64,000 bases of DNA from Escherichia coli. Its GTDB lineage: Bacteria > Pseudomonadota > Gammaproteobacteria > Enterobacterales > Enterobacteriaceae. A program made the position numbers and the translations under genes. Positions 1 through 11,009 of the stretch are shown here, piece by piece (the first letter of the stretch is position 1; each line of letters opens with the position of its first letter). The stretch lies in assembly GCF_013122565.1 (NCBI RefSeq), contig NZ_CP053258.1; one strand, given 5' to 3'. The notes below the pieces were generated by a model that saw only the letters and a program-made list of their open reading frames with translations, searched no databases and had not been told where the DNA came from.

Positions 1-499
1 GGGAAATACGTTTGTCTTCCCCATGGCGGGTTATTCCAAAAAAATAAAAACCGTGGCGCAAATAAAAGAAGGCGCTACAGTGGCGATCCCCAACGACCCG
101 ACCAACCTTGGTCGCGCGCTTTTACTGTTGCAAAAAGAGAAGCTAATTACTCTGAAAGAGGGAAAAGGGTTATTACCTACCGCGCTGGATATAACCGATA
201 ATCCTCGTCATTTGCAGATTATGGAACTCGAGGGGGCGCAGCTCCCGCGCGTACTGGATGATCCCAAAGTTGATGTGGCGATTATTAGCACCACTTACAT
301 TCAGCAGACCGGACTTTCTCCGGTGCACGACAGCGTATTTATTGAAGATAAAAATTCGCCGTATGTGAACATCCTGGTGGCACGGGAAGATAATAAGAAT
401 GCAGAAAACGTGAAGGAATTTCTGCAATCTTATCAATCACCCGAAGTCGCAAAAGCGGCAGAAACCATCTTTAACGGTGGCGCGGTGCCTGGCTGGTAA
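1..499 (+). CDS. nlpA: NlpA/MetQ-family lipoprotein, C-terminal part (5' end lies outside the window)
   Basis: Open frame running in from the window edge to a stop at 499; the 158-aa tail resembles the C-terminal domain of NlpA/MetQ substrate-binding lipoproteins; convergent with yicL as in K-12. Confidence 0.7.
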   Translation, partial: GNTFVFPMAGYSKKIKTVAQIKEGATVAIPNDPTNLGRALLLLQKEKLITLKEGKGLLPTALDITDNPRHLQIMELEGAQLPRVLDDPKVDVAIISTTYIQQTGLSPVHDSVFIEDKNSPYVNILVAREDNKNAENVKEFLQSYQSPEVAKAAETIFNGGAVPGW

Positions 500-502
500 T
501 TC

Positions 503-1426
503 TCACTCATGCCGCGCTGGACGATTTATTTTTCTGGCGCGGCGACGGGAATCCATTGAAATCAAAATTACCGATGACAGAATCAGCAGCGTTCCCAGCC
601 AGTCCGGCAATGTGAACGTGATCCCCAGCAACAGCAAAGAGAGCAGCGCGCTACTTAATGGTTCCGCACAGCTTAAAATGCTGGCTTTTGGACCGCCAAT
701 TAATTGTGCTCCTTTCAGGTACAGGCTAAATGTCAGAGATGTACCAATGACCACCAAATAAAAAAACGCCAGAATCAAACTGCCGTTAACGACAAAGTTT
801 GTTCCTTGTCTGGCATAAAAAGGCAACAGAATCAGACCGCCAATCAGCATACTCCAGCCGACGACTGGTAACGTGCCATAGCGGGCAATCAGCGTTGAGG
901 GATAGGTGGTATAGAATGCAGCAGCAAATGCCGAGGCAATGCCCCAGAATAACGCGGCAGGAGAGATCGATAATGATGTCGGATTACCGTGTGTCACCAA
1001 TAAAAAAGTCCCGACCAGCGATGTCAAAATAGCGCAAAAAACCAGAATGCCCGGGCGCGATTTACGTACCAGTGAGAACCAGGCGACGATAATCGTCGGT
1101 GAGAGGAATTGCAGCACCGTTGCCGTGGCTGCGTTCGATTTTTCGATGGTTAGCAAAAAAGTGAGCTGTACGGTTAGCGCGCCAACCACGGAAAAAATCA
1201 GCAGACTAAAGGCATCTTTGTGATTGTTAATAATAGAAAAGATTTTATCGCCATGAACAAATGACAGCGTCAGCAGAATCAAACCGGCGAATATCAAACG
1301 CGTCATAGTCAAAAACTGCGACGACATCTGGCTTTGCTCCATGATGTATTGCGCGCAGACCCCTGAACTTCCCCACAACACGGCGGCAATCAGAACGTTC
1401 AGCATCCCCTTTCTGGTGGAACCCAT
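503..1426 (-). CDS. yicL: EamA/DMT-family inner-membrane transporter
   Basis: 307-aa highly hydrophobic ORF, same length as K-12 YicL; position between nlpA and setC. Confidence 0.8.
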   Translation of the reverse strand: MGSTRKGMLNVLIAAVLWGSSGVCAQYIMEQSQMSSQFLTMTRLIFAGLILLTLSFVHGDKIFSIINNHKDAFSLLIFSVVGALTVQLTFLLTIEKSNAATATVLQFLSPTIIVAWFSLVRKSRPGILVFCAILTSLVGTFLLVTHGNPTSLSISPAALFWGIASAFAAAFYTTYPSTLIARYGTLPVVGWSMLIGGLILLPFYARQGTNFVVNGSLILAFFYLVVIGTSLTFSLYLKGAQLIGGPKASILSCAEPLSSALLSLLLLGITFTLPDWLGTLLILSSVILISMDSRRRARKINRPARHE

Positions 1427-1536
1427 TTTTCCCTCTGCATACTGTTTTGTCGTTTATGTATGCAGGCATGATAGCAAAAATGGCGAGGATGGCTCTGTTT
1501 GCGCCACGCCGATTTTTCTTAGCCCAGACTGGTGAG

Positions 1537-2721
1537 CTAAATATCTTTAATAAACAGCAGGCAAATCATCGCAATACCCAACATCCCTATCGCCAGCCAG
1601 AACAACGCGTGGTAGCTCCAGATTTCAACCATAATTCCGTCAACAGAGCCGGCGATAATCCAGCCGACGCGTGAAGTATTTGCATATAACGTTGTCGCAG
1701 AGCCTATTTTTTCAGGCATCAGGTCCTGAAAATAAAGCATGCCGATACCACAGAGAATACCAAGGAAGATGGCATTTAGAATTTGCAATTCCAGCTCAAC
1801 TGCCGGAGTCGTCGCCATGAGTACGCTGGCGTAAAAACACATTCCACTCACGATAGCAATGAGCATTAATAGCCGCTTGCCAATACGTTTCATGTAATAG
1901 CCTGCGATTAACATCATCGGAATTTCCAGACCGGCAGCGATACCAATCATTTCTCCAGCCAGTTTATCGGTTAGATGCAGTTCATCAATAATAAATAGCG
2001 GCATATTTATCATGTAGAGATTATTCGCCGCCCACATCATTGAACAGACTACAAAAAGTAGCCGTGTATCCCGCTTTCTATGGATGGAGGGTAAAACTTC
2101 TACGGGTTGGGTAACAACAGGAATATTTCTTTGTATTGATGGCAAAAACAACCAGACTATCAGCCCGCAAATAACAAATGCGATGGCAGCGGTGAGATAC
2201 ATCACTTTAAAACTAAATCCCATTGCCAGCTCATAAGCGAGCGGTGGCCCGATAACCCAGGCAAGCGAGATCTGAGCACGTAAAAATGTACTGAACATGA
2301 CCGTCTCGCGGCCTGTTCTGTCAGCGTGTTCACGGGCGAGGGCGAACATTTGCGGGTTTGCGGTGGAAGCAAAACTACTCAGAAGTACGCCCGTTGAGAG
2401 GAGAATGAAGTAGTTGCGATTCCACGCAAAAAGCGTGCAGGCCAGCACTCCAAATAAGCAACATAGCAGAATCAGTAATTTACGGTCGCCTTGTTTATCG
2501 GAGTGCCTTGCCAAAAATTGACTGACCAGAATTCCCATAATAGCGCTACCGGTGAAGAAAAAACCTACCATTATAGGACGAGCTTTCAGTTCATCTGCGA
2601 GGAATATACTTAAGGTAGGAGTCTGGAGAGCGCCCGCAATACCCGTCAGAAAGGCGACAAGTAAAAATGCCGCGGCAGTGAGATCAAGTATTTTTGATGG
2701 AGTGGTAGCCGTTTTTTGCAT
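1537..2721 (-). CDS. setC: MFS sugar efflux transporter SetC
   Basis: 394-aa multi-TM ORF, same length as K-12 SetC; adjacent to selC. Confidence 0.8.
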   Translation of the reverse strand: MQKTATTPSKILDLTAAAFLLVAFLTGIAGALQTPTLSIFLADELKARPIMVGFFFTGSAIMGILVSQFLARHSDKQGDRKLLILLCCLFGVLACTLFAWNRNYFILLSTGVLLSSFASTANPQMFALAREHADRTGRETVMFSTFLRAQISLAWVIGPPLAYELAMGFSFKVMYLTAAIAFVICGLIVWLFLPSIQRNIPVVTQPVEVLPSIHRKRDTRLLFVVCSMMWAANNLYMINMPLFIIDELHLTDKLAGEMIGIAAGLEIPMMLIAGYYMKRIGKRLLMLIAIVSGMCFYASVLMATTPAVELELQILNAIFLGILCGIGMLYFQDLMPEKIGSATTLYANTSRVGWIIAGSVDGIMVEIWSYHALFWLAIGMLGIAMICLLFIKDI

Positions 2722-3106
2722 TCTTCTGAATCACCGGGCGACAAAATATAACTGAGTTACAAATAAGTACCAGTCGAATGAGTATTGTATTAAGAATTTT
2801 TGAGTATCGCTGATACAACCAGAAAGCAATGCTAGCGCAATATTATAGGGCCAGCAATTGAGATTATTAGCAAAAGCATGTTAAGAATTAATTACCGAAT
2901 TTATATATTAATTATAGTAAGGCAATGAGCTATTTTTGATAGTAAAAATAAAACAAGTTGATTTGATATATTAAATGAACAAATTAATCTTGATGGCAGT
3001 CTGATTATTGGTGAGGTTTATAGGTCAGTTTTTTTCGCCAGCTGTTAAAGGAATAGAATAGTCGTATAAAAAAGGGTGTTCTGGAGCGTGTAAAACAACA
3101 TCTTCA

Positions 3107-3330
3107 CCTTAATGGCGATACAGTTGGCTGAGAGTCATCAGGGGGGCAAATCACCTGCAAATAAACACGGCGCAGACTGGCGCGAGTATCGCGGATGCGT
3201 TCGAGGACAGAAGAACCGACAGGCGGATTCTTCAGCCGCTCATCGTCCATCACAAAACCTTTGATCAGGTATTCCTGAAGCCGATTGAATATTGAGCAGT
3301 AGAAAATATCTGGATTGACAGTATTACAAG
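3107..3330 (-). pseudogene. Stop-free remnant of a RhuM-family (virulence-protein-like) gene directly 3' of selC
   Basis: Minus-strand frame translates without stops to ...[49 protein letters not shown]...*; the LxEYLIKGF-DDERLKN and ERIRD-R-S motifs resemble the central region of RhuM-family proteins (recalled, not searched); no start codon, under 60 aa from the first Met. Confidence 0.35.
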
Positions 3331-3358
3331 GGATTGGAGAACGTCAGGAGAGGCATTT

Positions 3359-3453
3359 TGGCGGAAGATCACAGGAGTCGAACCTGCCCGGGACCGCTGG
3401 CGGCCCCAACTGGATTTGAAGTCCAGCCGCCTCACCGGAGACGACGATCTTCC
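3359..3453 (-). tRNA. selC: tRNA-Sec (selenocysteine, anticodon UCA)
   Basis: Reverse complement is GGAAGATCGTCGTCTCCGGTGAGGCGGCTGGACTTCAAATCCAGTTGGGGCCGCCAGCGGTCCCGGGCAGGTTCGACTCCTGTGATCTTCCGCCA, 95 nt, with the long variable arm and encoded CCA typical of E. coli selC. Confidence 0.95.
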
Positions 3454-3745
3454 GCGCCTCGATTGCTACATGGAGGCGGGGCGCATTATAGCTACTTCCT
3501 TGAGTTTCTACATCCCCCAGATCAGTTTTTTCCGCCTAATACACGCAGCGTATTATCACGAAAGCATTATAGTTCATATAAAATTCATATTTTTCAATGA
3601 TATATAAGCGGAATTAACGCTACCACGATCACATAAAACAAGAATCATAAATTAATAACCAGATATCGGAATATTCGCTCTCACAGGGATGGTTTACAAA
3701 ATGCGTTATCGGTCTCAGCACCCCTATAGCATCAAGGAAAAGCAG

Positions 3746-5128
3746 ATGAAGAGTGAAGTGTTGTCCGTTAAAGAGAAAATTGGTTATGGCATGGGAGACG
3801 CCGCCAGCCACATTATTTTCGATAACGTAATGTTATATATGATGTTCTTTTATACCGATATTTTTGGCATTCCTGCCGGATTTGTCGGAACTATGTTTTT
3901 GGTCGCTCGTGCACTGGATGCGATTTCCGATCCTTGCATGGGGTTGTTGGCCGATCGAACGCGCTCTCGCTGGGGTAAATTTCGTCCGTGGGTACTGTTT
4001 GGCGCACTGCCATTCGGGATCGTCTGTGTACTGGCCTATAGCACGCCAGATCTCAGTATGAACGGAAAAATGATTTATGCAGCAATTACTTACACCCTAC
4101 TTACCTTACTTTATACCGTCGTCAATATCCCTTACTGCGCATTGGGTGGTGTAATCACCAATGACCCGACTCAGCGTATCTCGCTGCAATCCTGGCGTTT
4201 TGTGCTGGCGACCGCGGGAGGCATGCTTTCTACTGTTCTGATGATGCCACTGGTTAATTTAATTGGTGGTGATAATAAACCACTCGGTTTCCAGGGCGGT
4301 ATCGCGGTCCTTTCCGTGGTGGCATTTATGATGCTGGCATTTTGTTTCTTCACCACTAAAGAACGCGTTGAAGCACCACCTACAACGACGTCTATGCGGG
4401 AAGATTTACGTGATATCTGGCAAAACGACCAGTGGCGGATTGTCGGTTTACTAACCATTTTCAATATCCTGGCGGTGTGCGTACGCGGTGGAGCGATGAT
4501 GTATTACGTCACATGGATTTTGGGTACGCCGGAAGTGTTTGTCGCTTTTCTCACCACTTATTGCGTGGGTAACCTGATTGGTTCCGCACTGGCAAAACCG
4601 CTGACCGACTGGAAATGTAAAGTCACTATCTTCTGGTGGACGAACGCCCTGCTCGCAGTGATTAGCATCGCGATGTTCTTTGTTCCCATGCAGGCCAGCA
4701 TCACTATGTTTGTCTTCATCTTCGTGATTGGTGTGTTGCATCAACTGGTGACACCTATCCAGTGGGTAATGATGTCCGATACCGTCGACTACGGCGAGTG
4801 GTGCAATGGTAAACGCCTGACCGGGATCAGTTTTGCTGGCACGCTGTTTGTGCTCAAACTGGGGTTGGCCTTCGGCGGCGCTCTTATCGGCTGGATGCTG
4901 GCTTATGGCGGATATGATGCGGCAGAAAAAGCGCAGAACAGCGCCACGATTAGCATCATTATCGCGCTATTCACGATTGTTCCGGCGATCTGTTATTTGC
5001 TGAGCGCGATTATCGCTAAACGCTACTACTCACTCACGACGCACAATCTGAAAACCGTTATGGAACAGCTGGCTCAGGGTAAACGCCGTTGCCAGCAACA
5101 ATTCACCTCTCAAGAAGTGCAGAACTAA
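3746..5128 (+). CDS. yicJ: MFS glycoside-pentoside-hexuronide:cation symporter family transporter
   Basis: ORF with multiple TM segments; ATG at 3746 gives 460 aa (K-12 YicJ length); immediately upstream of yicI. Confidence 0.85.
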   Translation: MKSEVLSVKEKIGYGMGDAASHIIFDNVMLYMMFFYTDIFGIPAGFVGTMFLVARALDAISDPCMGLLADRTRSRWGKFRPWVLFGALPFGIVCVLAYSTPDLSMNGKMIYAAITYTLLTLLYTVVNIPYCALGGVITNDPTQRISLQSWRFVLATAGGMLSTVLMMPLVNLIGGDNKPLGFQGGIAVLSVVAFMMLAFCFFTTKERVEAPPTTTSMREDLRDIWQNDQWRIVGLLTIFNILAVCVRGGAMMYYVTWILGTPEVFVAFLTTYCVGNLIGSALAKPLTDWKCKVTIFWWTNALLAVISIAMFFVPMQASITMFVFIFVIGVLHQLVTPIQWVMMSDTVDYGEWCNGKRLTGISFAGTLFVLKLGLAFGGALIGWMLAYGGYDAAEKAQNSATISIIIALFTIVPAICYLLSAIIAKRYYSLTTHNLKTVMEQLAQGKRRCQQQFTSQEVQN

Positions 5129-5137
5129 GGAACGGCA

Positions 5138-7456
5138 ATGAAAATTAGCGATGGAAACTGGTTGATTCAACCTGGCCTCAATTTGATTCACCCGCTTCAG
5201 GTATTCGAGGTTGAACAGCAGGGTAATGAAATGGTGGTCTATGCTGCCCCCCGTGATGTACGTGAACGTACCTGGCAGCTTGACACGCCTTTATTTACGC
5301 TGCGCTTTTTCTCCCCACAGGAAGGTATTGTCGGGGTGCGGATTGAGCATTTTCAGGGGGCGCTGAATAACGGCCCTCATTACCCGCTCAATATTTTGCA
5401 GGACGTGAAGGTCACAATCGAAAACACAGAACGTTATGCTGAGTTTAAAAGTGGCAACTTAAGCGCGCGTGTCAGCAAAGGTGAGTTCTGGTCACTCGAT
5501 TTTCTGCGCAACGGTGAACGTATTACCGGTAGTCAGGTGAAAAATAATGGCTACGTGCAGGACACGAATAATCAACGAAATTATATGTTTGAGCGGCTTG
5601 ATCTTGGCGTTGGCGAAACAGTTTATGGTCTGGGAGAGCGCTTCACTGCCCTGGTGCGCAATGGTCAGACGGTAGAGACCTGGAACCGGGACGGCGGCAC
5701 AAGTACTGAACAGGCGTATAAAAATATCCCGTTCTATATGACTAACCGTGGTTATGGGGTACTGGTCAATCATCCCCAATGCGTCTCTTTTGAAGTGGGA
5801 TCGGAGAAAGTCTCCAAAGTGCAGTTCAGCGTTGAGAGTGAATATCTCGAATACTTTGTTATCGACGGTCCGACGCCGAAAGCGGTACTTGATCGTTATA
5901 CCCGTTTTACTGGTCGTCCGGCGCTGCCGCCCGCATGGTCCTTCGGCCTGTGGCTAACCACTTCATTTACCACCAACTACGACGAAGCGACGGTAAACAG
6001 CTTTATCGATGGTATGGCGGAACGCAATCTGCCGCTGCATGTTTTCCACTTTGACTGTTTCTGGATGAAAGCCTTCCAGTGGTGCGATTTTGAGTGGGAC
6101 CCGCTGACTTTCCCGGACCCGGAAGGGATGATCCGCCGCCTGAAAGCGAAAGGGCTGAAAATCTGCGTCTGGATTAACCCCTATATTGGGCAAAAATCCC
6201 CCGTTTTTAAAGAGTTACAAGAGAAAGGTTATTTACTCAAACGCCCGGACGGCTCGCTGTGGCAGTGGGATAAATGGCAGCCAGGTCTGGCGATTTATGA
6301 CTTTACCAATCCGGATGCCTGCAAATGGTACGCCGACAAACTGAAAGGTCTGGTCGTGATGGGCGTTGATTGCTTTAAGACCGACTTTGGCGAACGTATT
6401 CCAACCGATGTTCAATGGTTTGACGGTTCCGATCCGCAGAAAATGCATAACCATTATGCGTACATCTACAACGAACTGGTGTGGAACGTGCTCAAGGACA
6501 CCGTTGGTGAGGAAGAAGCTGTCTTGTTTGCCCGCTCGGCCTCCGTCGGTGCGCAGAAATTCCCGGTACACTGGGGTGGCGACTGTTACGCTAACTACGA
6601 ATCAATGGCGGAAAGCCTGCGCGGTGGTTTGTCTATTGGCCTTTCAGGTTTTGGCTTCTGGAGCCACGATATCGGCGGCTTTGAAAATACCGCGCCGGCA
6701 CACGTTTACAAACGCTGGTGCGCGTTTGGTTTGCTCTCCAGCCATAGCCGTTTACATGGCAGCAAATCTTATCGTGTGCCGTGGGCCTATGATGATGAGT
6801 CCTGTGATGTGGTGCGCTTCTTCACGCAACTGAAATGCCGCATGATGCCTTATCTGTATCGTGAAGCTGCGCGTGCGAATGCGCGGGGTACGCCGATGAT
6901 GCGGGCCATGATGATGGAGTTCCCGGACGATCCGGCTTGTGATTACCTTGACCGTCAATACATGTTAGGCGACAACGTGATGGTTGCGCCGGTGTTCACT
7001 GAAGCGGGCGATGTGCAGTTCTACTTGCCGGAAGGTCGCTGGACACACCTGTGGCACAACGATGAGCTCGACGGTAGTCGCTGGCATAAACAGCAGCACA
7101 GCTTCCTGAGTCTGCCCATTTATGTGCGTGATAACACCCTACTGGCGCTGGGCAATAACGATCAACGTCCCGATTACGCGTGGCACGAAGGCACGGCATT
7201 CCACCTCTTTAATCTGCAAGACGGGCATGAAGCCGTCTGTGAAGTGCCCGCTGCTGACGGTTCGGTGATCTTTACACTAAAAGCAGCACGTACTGGCAAC
7301 ACGATTACTGTGACTGGTGCGGGCGAGGCGAAGAACTGGACGCTGTGCTTGCGCAATGTTGTGAAGGTAAATGGTCTGCAAGGCGGTTCGCAGGCTGAAA
7401 GTGAGCAGGGGCTGGTGGTGAAGCCTCAAGGGAATGCGCTGACAATTACGTTGTAA
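5138..7456 (+). CDS. yicI: alpha-xylosidase (glycoside hydrolase family 31)
   Basis: 772-aa ORF, same length as K-12 YicI; GH31-like catalytic region (WIDMNE-like / [10 protein letters not shown] motifs). Confidence 0.9.
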   Translation: MKISDGNWLIQPGLNLIHPLQVFEVEQQGNEMVVYAAPRDVRERTWQLDTPLFTLRFFSPQEGIVGVRIEHFQGALNNGPHYPLNILQDVKVTIENTERYAEFKSGNLSARVSKGEFWSLDFLRNGERITGSQVKNNGYVQDTNNQRNYMFERLDLGVGETVYGLGERFTALVRNGQTVETWNRDGGTSTEQAYKNIPFYMTNRGYGVLVNHPQCVSFEVGSEKVSKVQFSVESEYLEYFVIDGPTPKAVLDRYTRFTGRPALPPAWSFGLWLTTSFTTNYDEATVNSFIDGMAERNLPLHVFHFDCFWMKAFQWCDFEWDPLTFPDPEGMIRRLKAKGLKICVWINPYIGQKSPVFKELQEKGYLLKRPDGSLWQWDKWQPGLAIYDFTNPDACKWYADKLKGLVVMGVDCFKTDFGERIPTDVQWFDGSDPQKMHNHYAYIYNELVWNVLKDTVGEEEAVLFARSASVGAQKFPVHWGGDCYANYESMAESLRGGLSIGLSGFGFWSHDIGGFENTAPAHVYKRWCAFGLLSSHSRLHGSKSYRVPWAYDDESCDVVRFFTQLKCRMMPYLYREAARANARGTPMMRAMMMEFPDDPACDYLDRQYMLGDNVMVAPVFTEAGDVQFYLPEGRWTHLWHNDELDGSRWHKQQHSFLSLPIYVRDNTLLALGNNDQRPDYAWHEGTAFHLFNLQDGHEAVCEVPAADGSVIFTLKAARTGNTITVTGAGEAKNWTLCLRNVVKVNGLQGGSQAESEQGLVVKPQGNALTITL

Positions 7457-7470
7457 TCTATTGATGGAAT

Positions 7471-7498
7471 GCCGGGTACGTCTGAGTCGTACCCGGCG
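7471..7498. terminator. Hairpin between convergent yicI and yicH (likely bidirectional terminator)
   Basis: Inverted repeat gccgggtacg-tctgagt-cgtacccggc in the 52-bp convergent intergenic gap. Confidence 0.5.
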
Positions 7499-7508
7499 AG
7501 ATTGATGT

Positions 7509-9218
7509 TTACTGCACCGGCTCCGTCGACGTAACTTCGCCACTGGAAACGACGCCCGCATTCATGGTTTGAGTCACTTGCTGCTTTGCGGCGTTCACGG
7601 CATGCAATTGCCCGCTAACCGTAGGTTTCAACGGGACATTGGCCTGAATATCGCCACTGGCGGTAAGCTGAATATTGCCGTCGCCAGTCAACGGTAATTC
7701 AGGCCATCCCCACTGTTGCAAAATATTCACCGGCACACCGCGTCCATTCAGGCTGATATGGGTCTGACGTTGTGGCGTTTGTGAAATACTGGCGGTGGCT
7801 TCCAGAATGCCTTTTTCAGTAAATGCACTCAGTTCGCTGATATTCACCGTGCTGCTGTTGGCGGTTAGCGCCAGCGATGGGCGACGAATATCAACACGAT
7901 TAAACGTCGCGGCGGCGGCATTCAGATTCGCCGAGCCACTCCAGACGCCCCATTTATGATCGGTAACCAGCGTCAGATTGGCACCGTAACCATCGAGCGC
8001 GGTGAGCTGCCACGGGAAGTCAGGGTCGATATCAATGATCAGATTGCGGCTGGCGCTAAATCTCTTCAGTTGCAGGCTGTTTAACCAGCCGGGTGTCGTT
8101 TCCATCCACAACTGTTGCCAGTTTTTCGGCAAGGTATATTCCAGCCCGGCAATTGCCGCATCATCAAGGATCAACGTTTTCCCGTCACGCAGCCAGTTCC
8201 CTGACGTTCTGACCATGCCCCCTTCCCAGCGGCTGGTGAACTGGCGCAGCGCTACGCCCTGCGGGGAAAATTCCGCGTTTATAATCGGGTCAAATAAATG
8301 CAGCGAACCATAAATGAACTCGCTGGCATTCATCGACAGTTTGCCTTCCTGTGTCTGCCAGTCATCTTTACTAAAGGTCATGTTGCGCAAGCTGAGATCG
8401 AGGTCGGTCACCGCCCAGTCCGGACCTTGCAGACGTGCGTCGATGACTTCCAGGCGACCAATCTGCAACGATGGGACAGAGCGTAATGGCGCAAAGAAGT
8501 CGGTTAGCGATTTTTCGCTTTGTAGACGGATATCCGCCATGCGCAGATTTTCCACTTGCCAGCTGCCGTCGGCGTTACGCTGCGCGTTTCCGGTTAATGT
8601 CCCGCGGGCGATGTCGGCACCCAGGTTAGTCAGCGTAACGCGATCGTTATCAATACTGCATTCAATCAGTACATTGGTGGCAGGAACATCATTGAGCGAA
8701 AGCGATCCGGCACTAAACTGAATCTGCGCCTTCGTACCCAGCACTTTACCGGCTTCTGGTGACCACGGAACCACGCCGCCATTTACCCGCTGCGCGCTCA
8801 GTTTCCATTCGCTATTCGGGCTATTAAACGCCATATCACGCAGTTGCAGACGATCGGCTTTGAACGGTAGCGGCGCGGTCTGGTCGGTGAGATTCAGCGT
8901 TCCGTTTTCCAGCAGGATGGTATCGACATGGCGTGGTTCGGTCAGTTGCCGACTGCTTAGCGCAATGTCGACACTTTTTGCCACCAGGGTCGCGGGCTGG
9001 CCATCACGGCCAAACGTGACGTTCTCCAGCACGATATGAGATGGCGCGGAAAAACGGTGATCCATCGCCCCGAAGGCCAGATGATAGTCGCTATTCTCGG
9101 AAACCCATGCGCTGATATGTTGTGCTCCCCAGCGAGTTTGCAGAAGAAAATAGAGGCCAGCGATCACCACTAACAGAGCGATGAGAATGTAGAGAAGCAG
9201 CTTCCCAATAAATTTCAT
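7509..9218 (-). CDS. yicH: AsmA-family outer-membrane assembly protein
   Basis: ATG at 9218 gives 569 aa (K-12 YicH length); N-terminal signal/TM segment MKFIGKLLLYILIALLVVIAGLYF. Confidence 0.85.
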   Translation of the reverse strand: MKFIGKLLLYILIALLVVIAGLYFLLQTRWGAQHISAWVSENSDYHLAFGAMDHRFSAPSHIVLENVTFGRDGQPATLVAKSVDIALSSRQLTEPRHVDTILLENGTLNLTDQTAPLPFKADRLQLRDMAFNSPNSEWKLSAQRVNGGVVPWSPEAGKVLGTKAQIQFSAGSLSLNDVPATNVLIECSIDNDRVTLTNLGADIARGTLTGNAQRNADGSWQVENLRMADIRLQSEKSLTDFFAPLRSVPSLQIGRLEVIDARLQGPDWAVTDLDLSLRNMTFSKDDWQTQEGKLSMNASEFIYGSLHLFDPIINAEFSPQGVALRQFTSRWEGGMVRTSGNWLRDGKTLILDDAAIAGLEYTLPKNWQQLWMETTPGWLNSLQLKRFSASRNLIIDIDPDFPWQLTALDGYGANLTLVTDHKWGVWSGSANLNAAAATFNRVDIRRPSLALTANSSTVNISELSAFTEKGILEATASISQTPQRQTHISLNGRGVPVNILQQWGWPELPLTGDGNIQLTASGDIQANVPLKPTVSGQLHAVNAAKQQVTQTMNAGVVSSGEVTSTEPVQ

Positions 9219-9338
9219 GGTCTTCCATCCCGTGAAATGCACATAAGGGAGTTATGCACGATTTACGCGCAATCCTCAAGGCGGGAATGGTGAAAGAGGT
9301 GAGACTGCGGCGGTAATTATCTTACCGCCGCCAGTGAA

Positions 9339-10730
9339 TTACTGTTTTTCTGGTGGGAAAATCAGATTCAGCACGATGGCAGTAATACCGCCCGCGGCGA
9401 TCCCGGAGGAGAGCAGGTTTTTCAGCCATTCAGGGGCAAACTGCAAAATCAGCGGCTGCTGAGACACGCCCAGACCAACCGCCAGCGACAGCGCGATAAT
9501 CAGAATCGCCCGACGGTTCAGCGGCTCACGAGACACAATGCGCACACCGGAGGCGGCGATGGTGCCAAACATTACAAGCGTTGCGCCGCCCAGAACCGGT
9601 TCTGGAATGTGTTGTACAAAACCGCTCACTGCCGGGAACAGACCCAGCACGATCAACATCAGCGCGACGACAAAACCGACATAGCGGCTGGCAACACCGG
9701 TCAACTGGATCACTCCGTTGTTCTGCCCGAAGCAGGAGTTCGGGAAGGTGTTAAACACCGCCGAAACAAACGAGTTCAGGCCGTTTGCCAGCACGCCGCC
9801 TTTCAGGCGTTTCATGTACAGCGGACCGGACACTGGCTGTTCGGAAACGTCAGAGGTCGCCGTGATATCGCCAATGGTTTCCAGCGAAGTGATCATAAAG
9901 ACCAGCATCAGCGGCAGCAGCAGACTCCATTCAATGCCAAGACCGTAATAGAGCGGCGTTGGCACCATAATCAGTTCTTGCGTCATCGGTTCGTTGCTTT
10001 CTGGCAACATGCCCATAAACCACGCCAGCGCATATCCGGCCGCCATCGCAATCACCAGTGAGGCCACGCGTAAGTAAGGGTTACGTTGACGGTTAAGCAG
10101 GATAATTAAGGCTAAGACCACGCCTGCCAGCAGCAGATTTTTCGGTGCGCCGAAGGTGTTATCGCTCATGGCTGCGTAACCGCCGCCAATGGAGGTCAGC
10201 CCCACCTGAATTAGCGACAGGCCGATAATCATCACCACAACGCCAGAAACCAGCGGCGTAATAATGCGGCGCGCCAGATGCAGAACGCGGGAGATCACCA
10301 TCTCGGTGCAACTTGCCAGCATCAACGTGCCGAACAAAGCCGCCATCATGGTAGGAACATCAGCACCACCCGTTTTTAATGCCGTACCGCCCATAATCAG
10401 CGGGGCAACAAAGTTGAAGCTGGTGCCCTGAATAGACAACAGCCCGGAGCCAACCGGACCCCAGGCCTTAATTTGAATAATCGATGCCACACCGGAGGCA
10501 AACAGCGACATACTAATAATGTGTTGCGTGTCTTGTGCCGGTAAACCCAGCGCCTGGCAGATTAATAGCGCTGGCGTGATCACCGCAACGAACATCGCCA
10601 GCAGATGCTGACAGGCGGCAAACAGGGTTTGAGGAAGCGGCGGACGATCTTCAAGACGGTAAATCAGTTCGCTGTTTTGAGTCTGCGCAACCGGTTGCGC
10701 ATTTTCTGACTCGAGGGTGGAAACAGACAT
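9339..10730 (-). CDS. xanP: xanthine permease (NCS2 family)
   Basis: Multi-TM ORF; ATG at 10730 gives 463 aa (K-12 XanP/YicE length); NCS2-like motifs. Confidence 0.85.
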
Positions 10731-11009
10731 CGAAAACAATCCCGTGGTAGCAAAGCGGGCATTTTAGCTGACCGAAAGAGAAAAGCAAACGTTTGCCACG
10801 TCCTCCTCTAAATATTTAAATGAGATAAATGCACTTTTTTATATAACTTTTGGTATTTTTCTGCTTAAAATCCATGCCATTTGTTCATTAACAGCTGAGA
10901 ATTTGACCCAGGAAAGCATGACTCGATACCCGTCATATTTCATGAAGTTGCCACTGCGCGATGAAGTATGACGAGTATGAAAGAGTGATGCGGATACAAA
11001 GGAGTAACT

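Noticed and set aside
3334-3607. 88-aa and 63-aa ORFs overlapping selC
   Set aside because: They run through the tRNA-Sec gene and its promoter; no coding features; the DNA is explained by selC.
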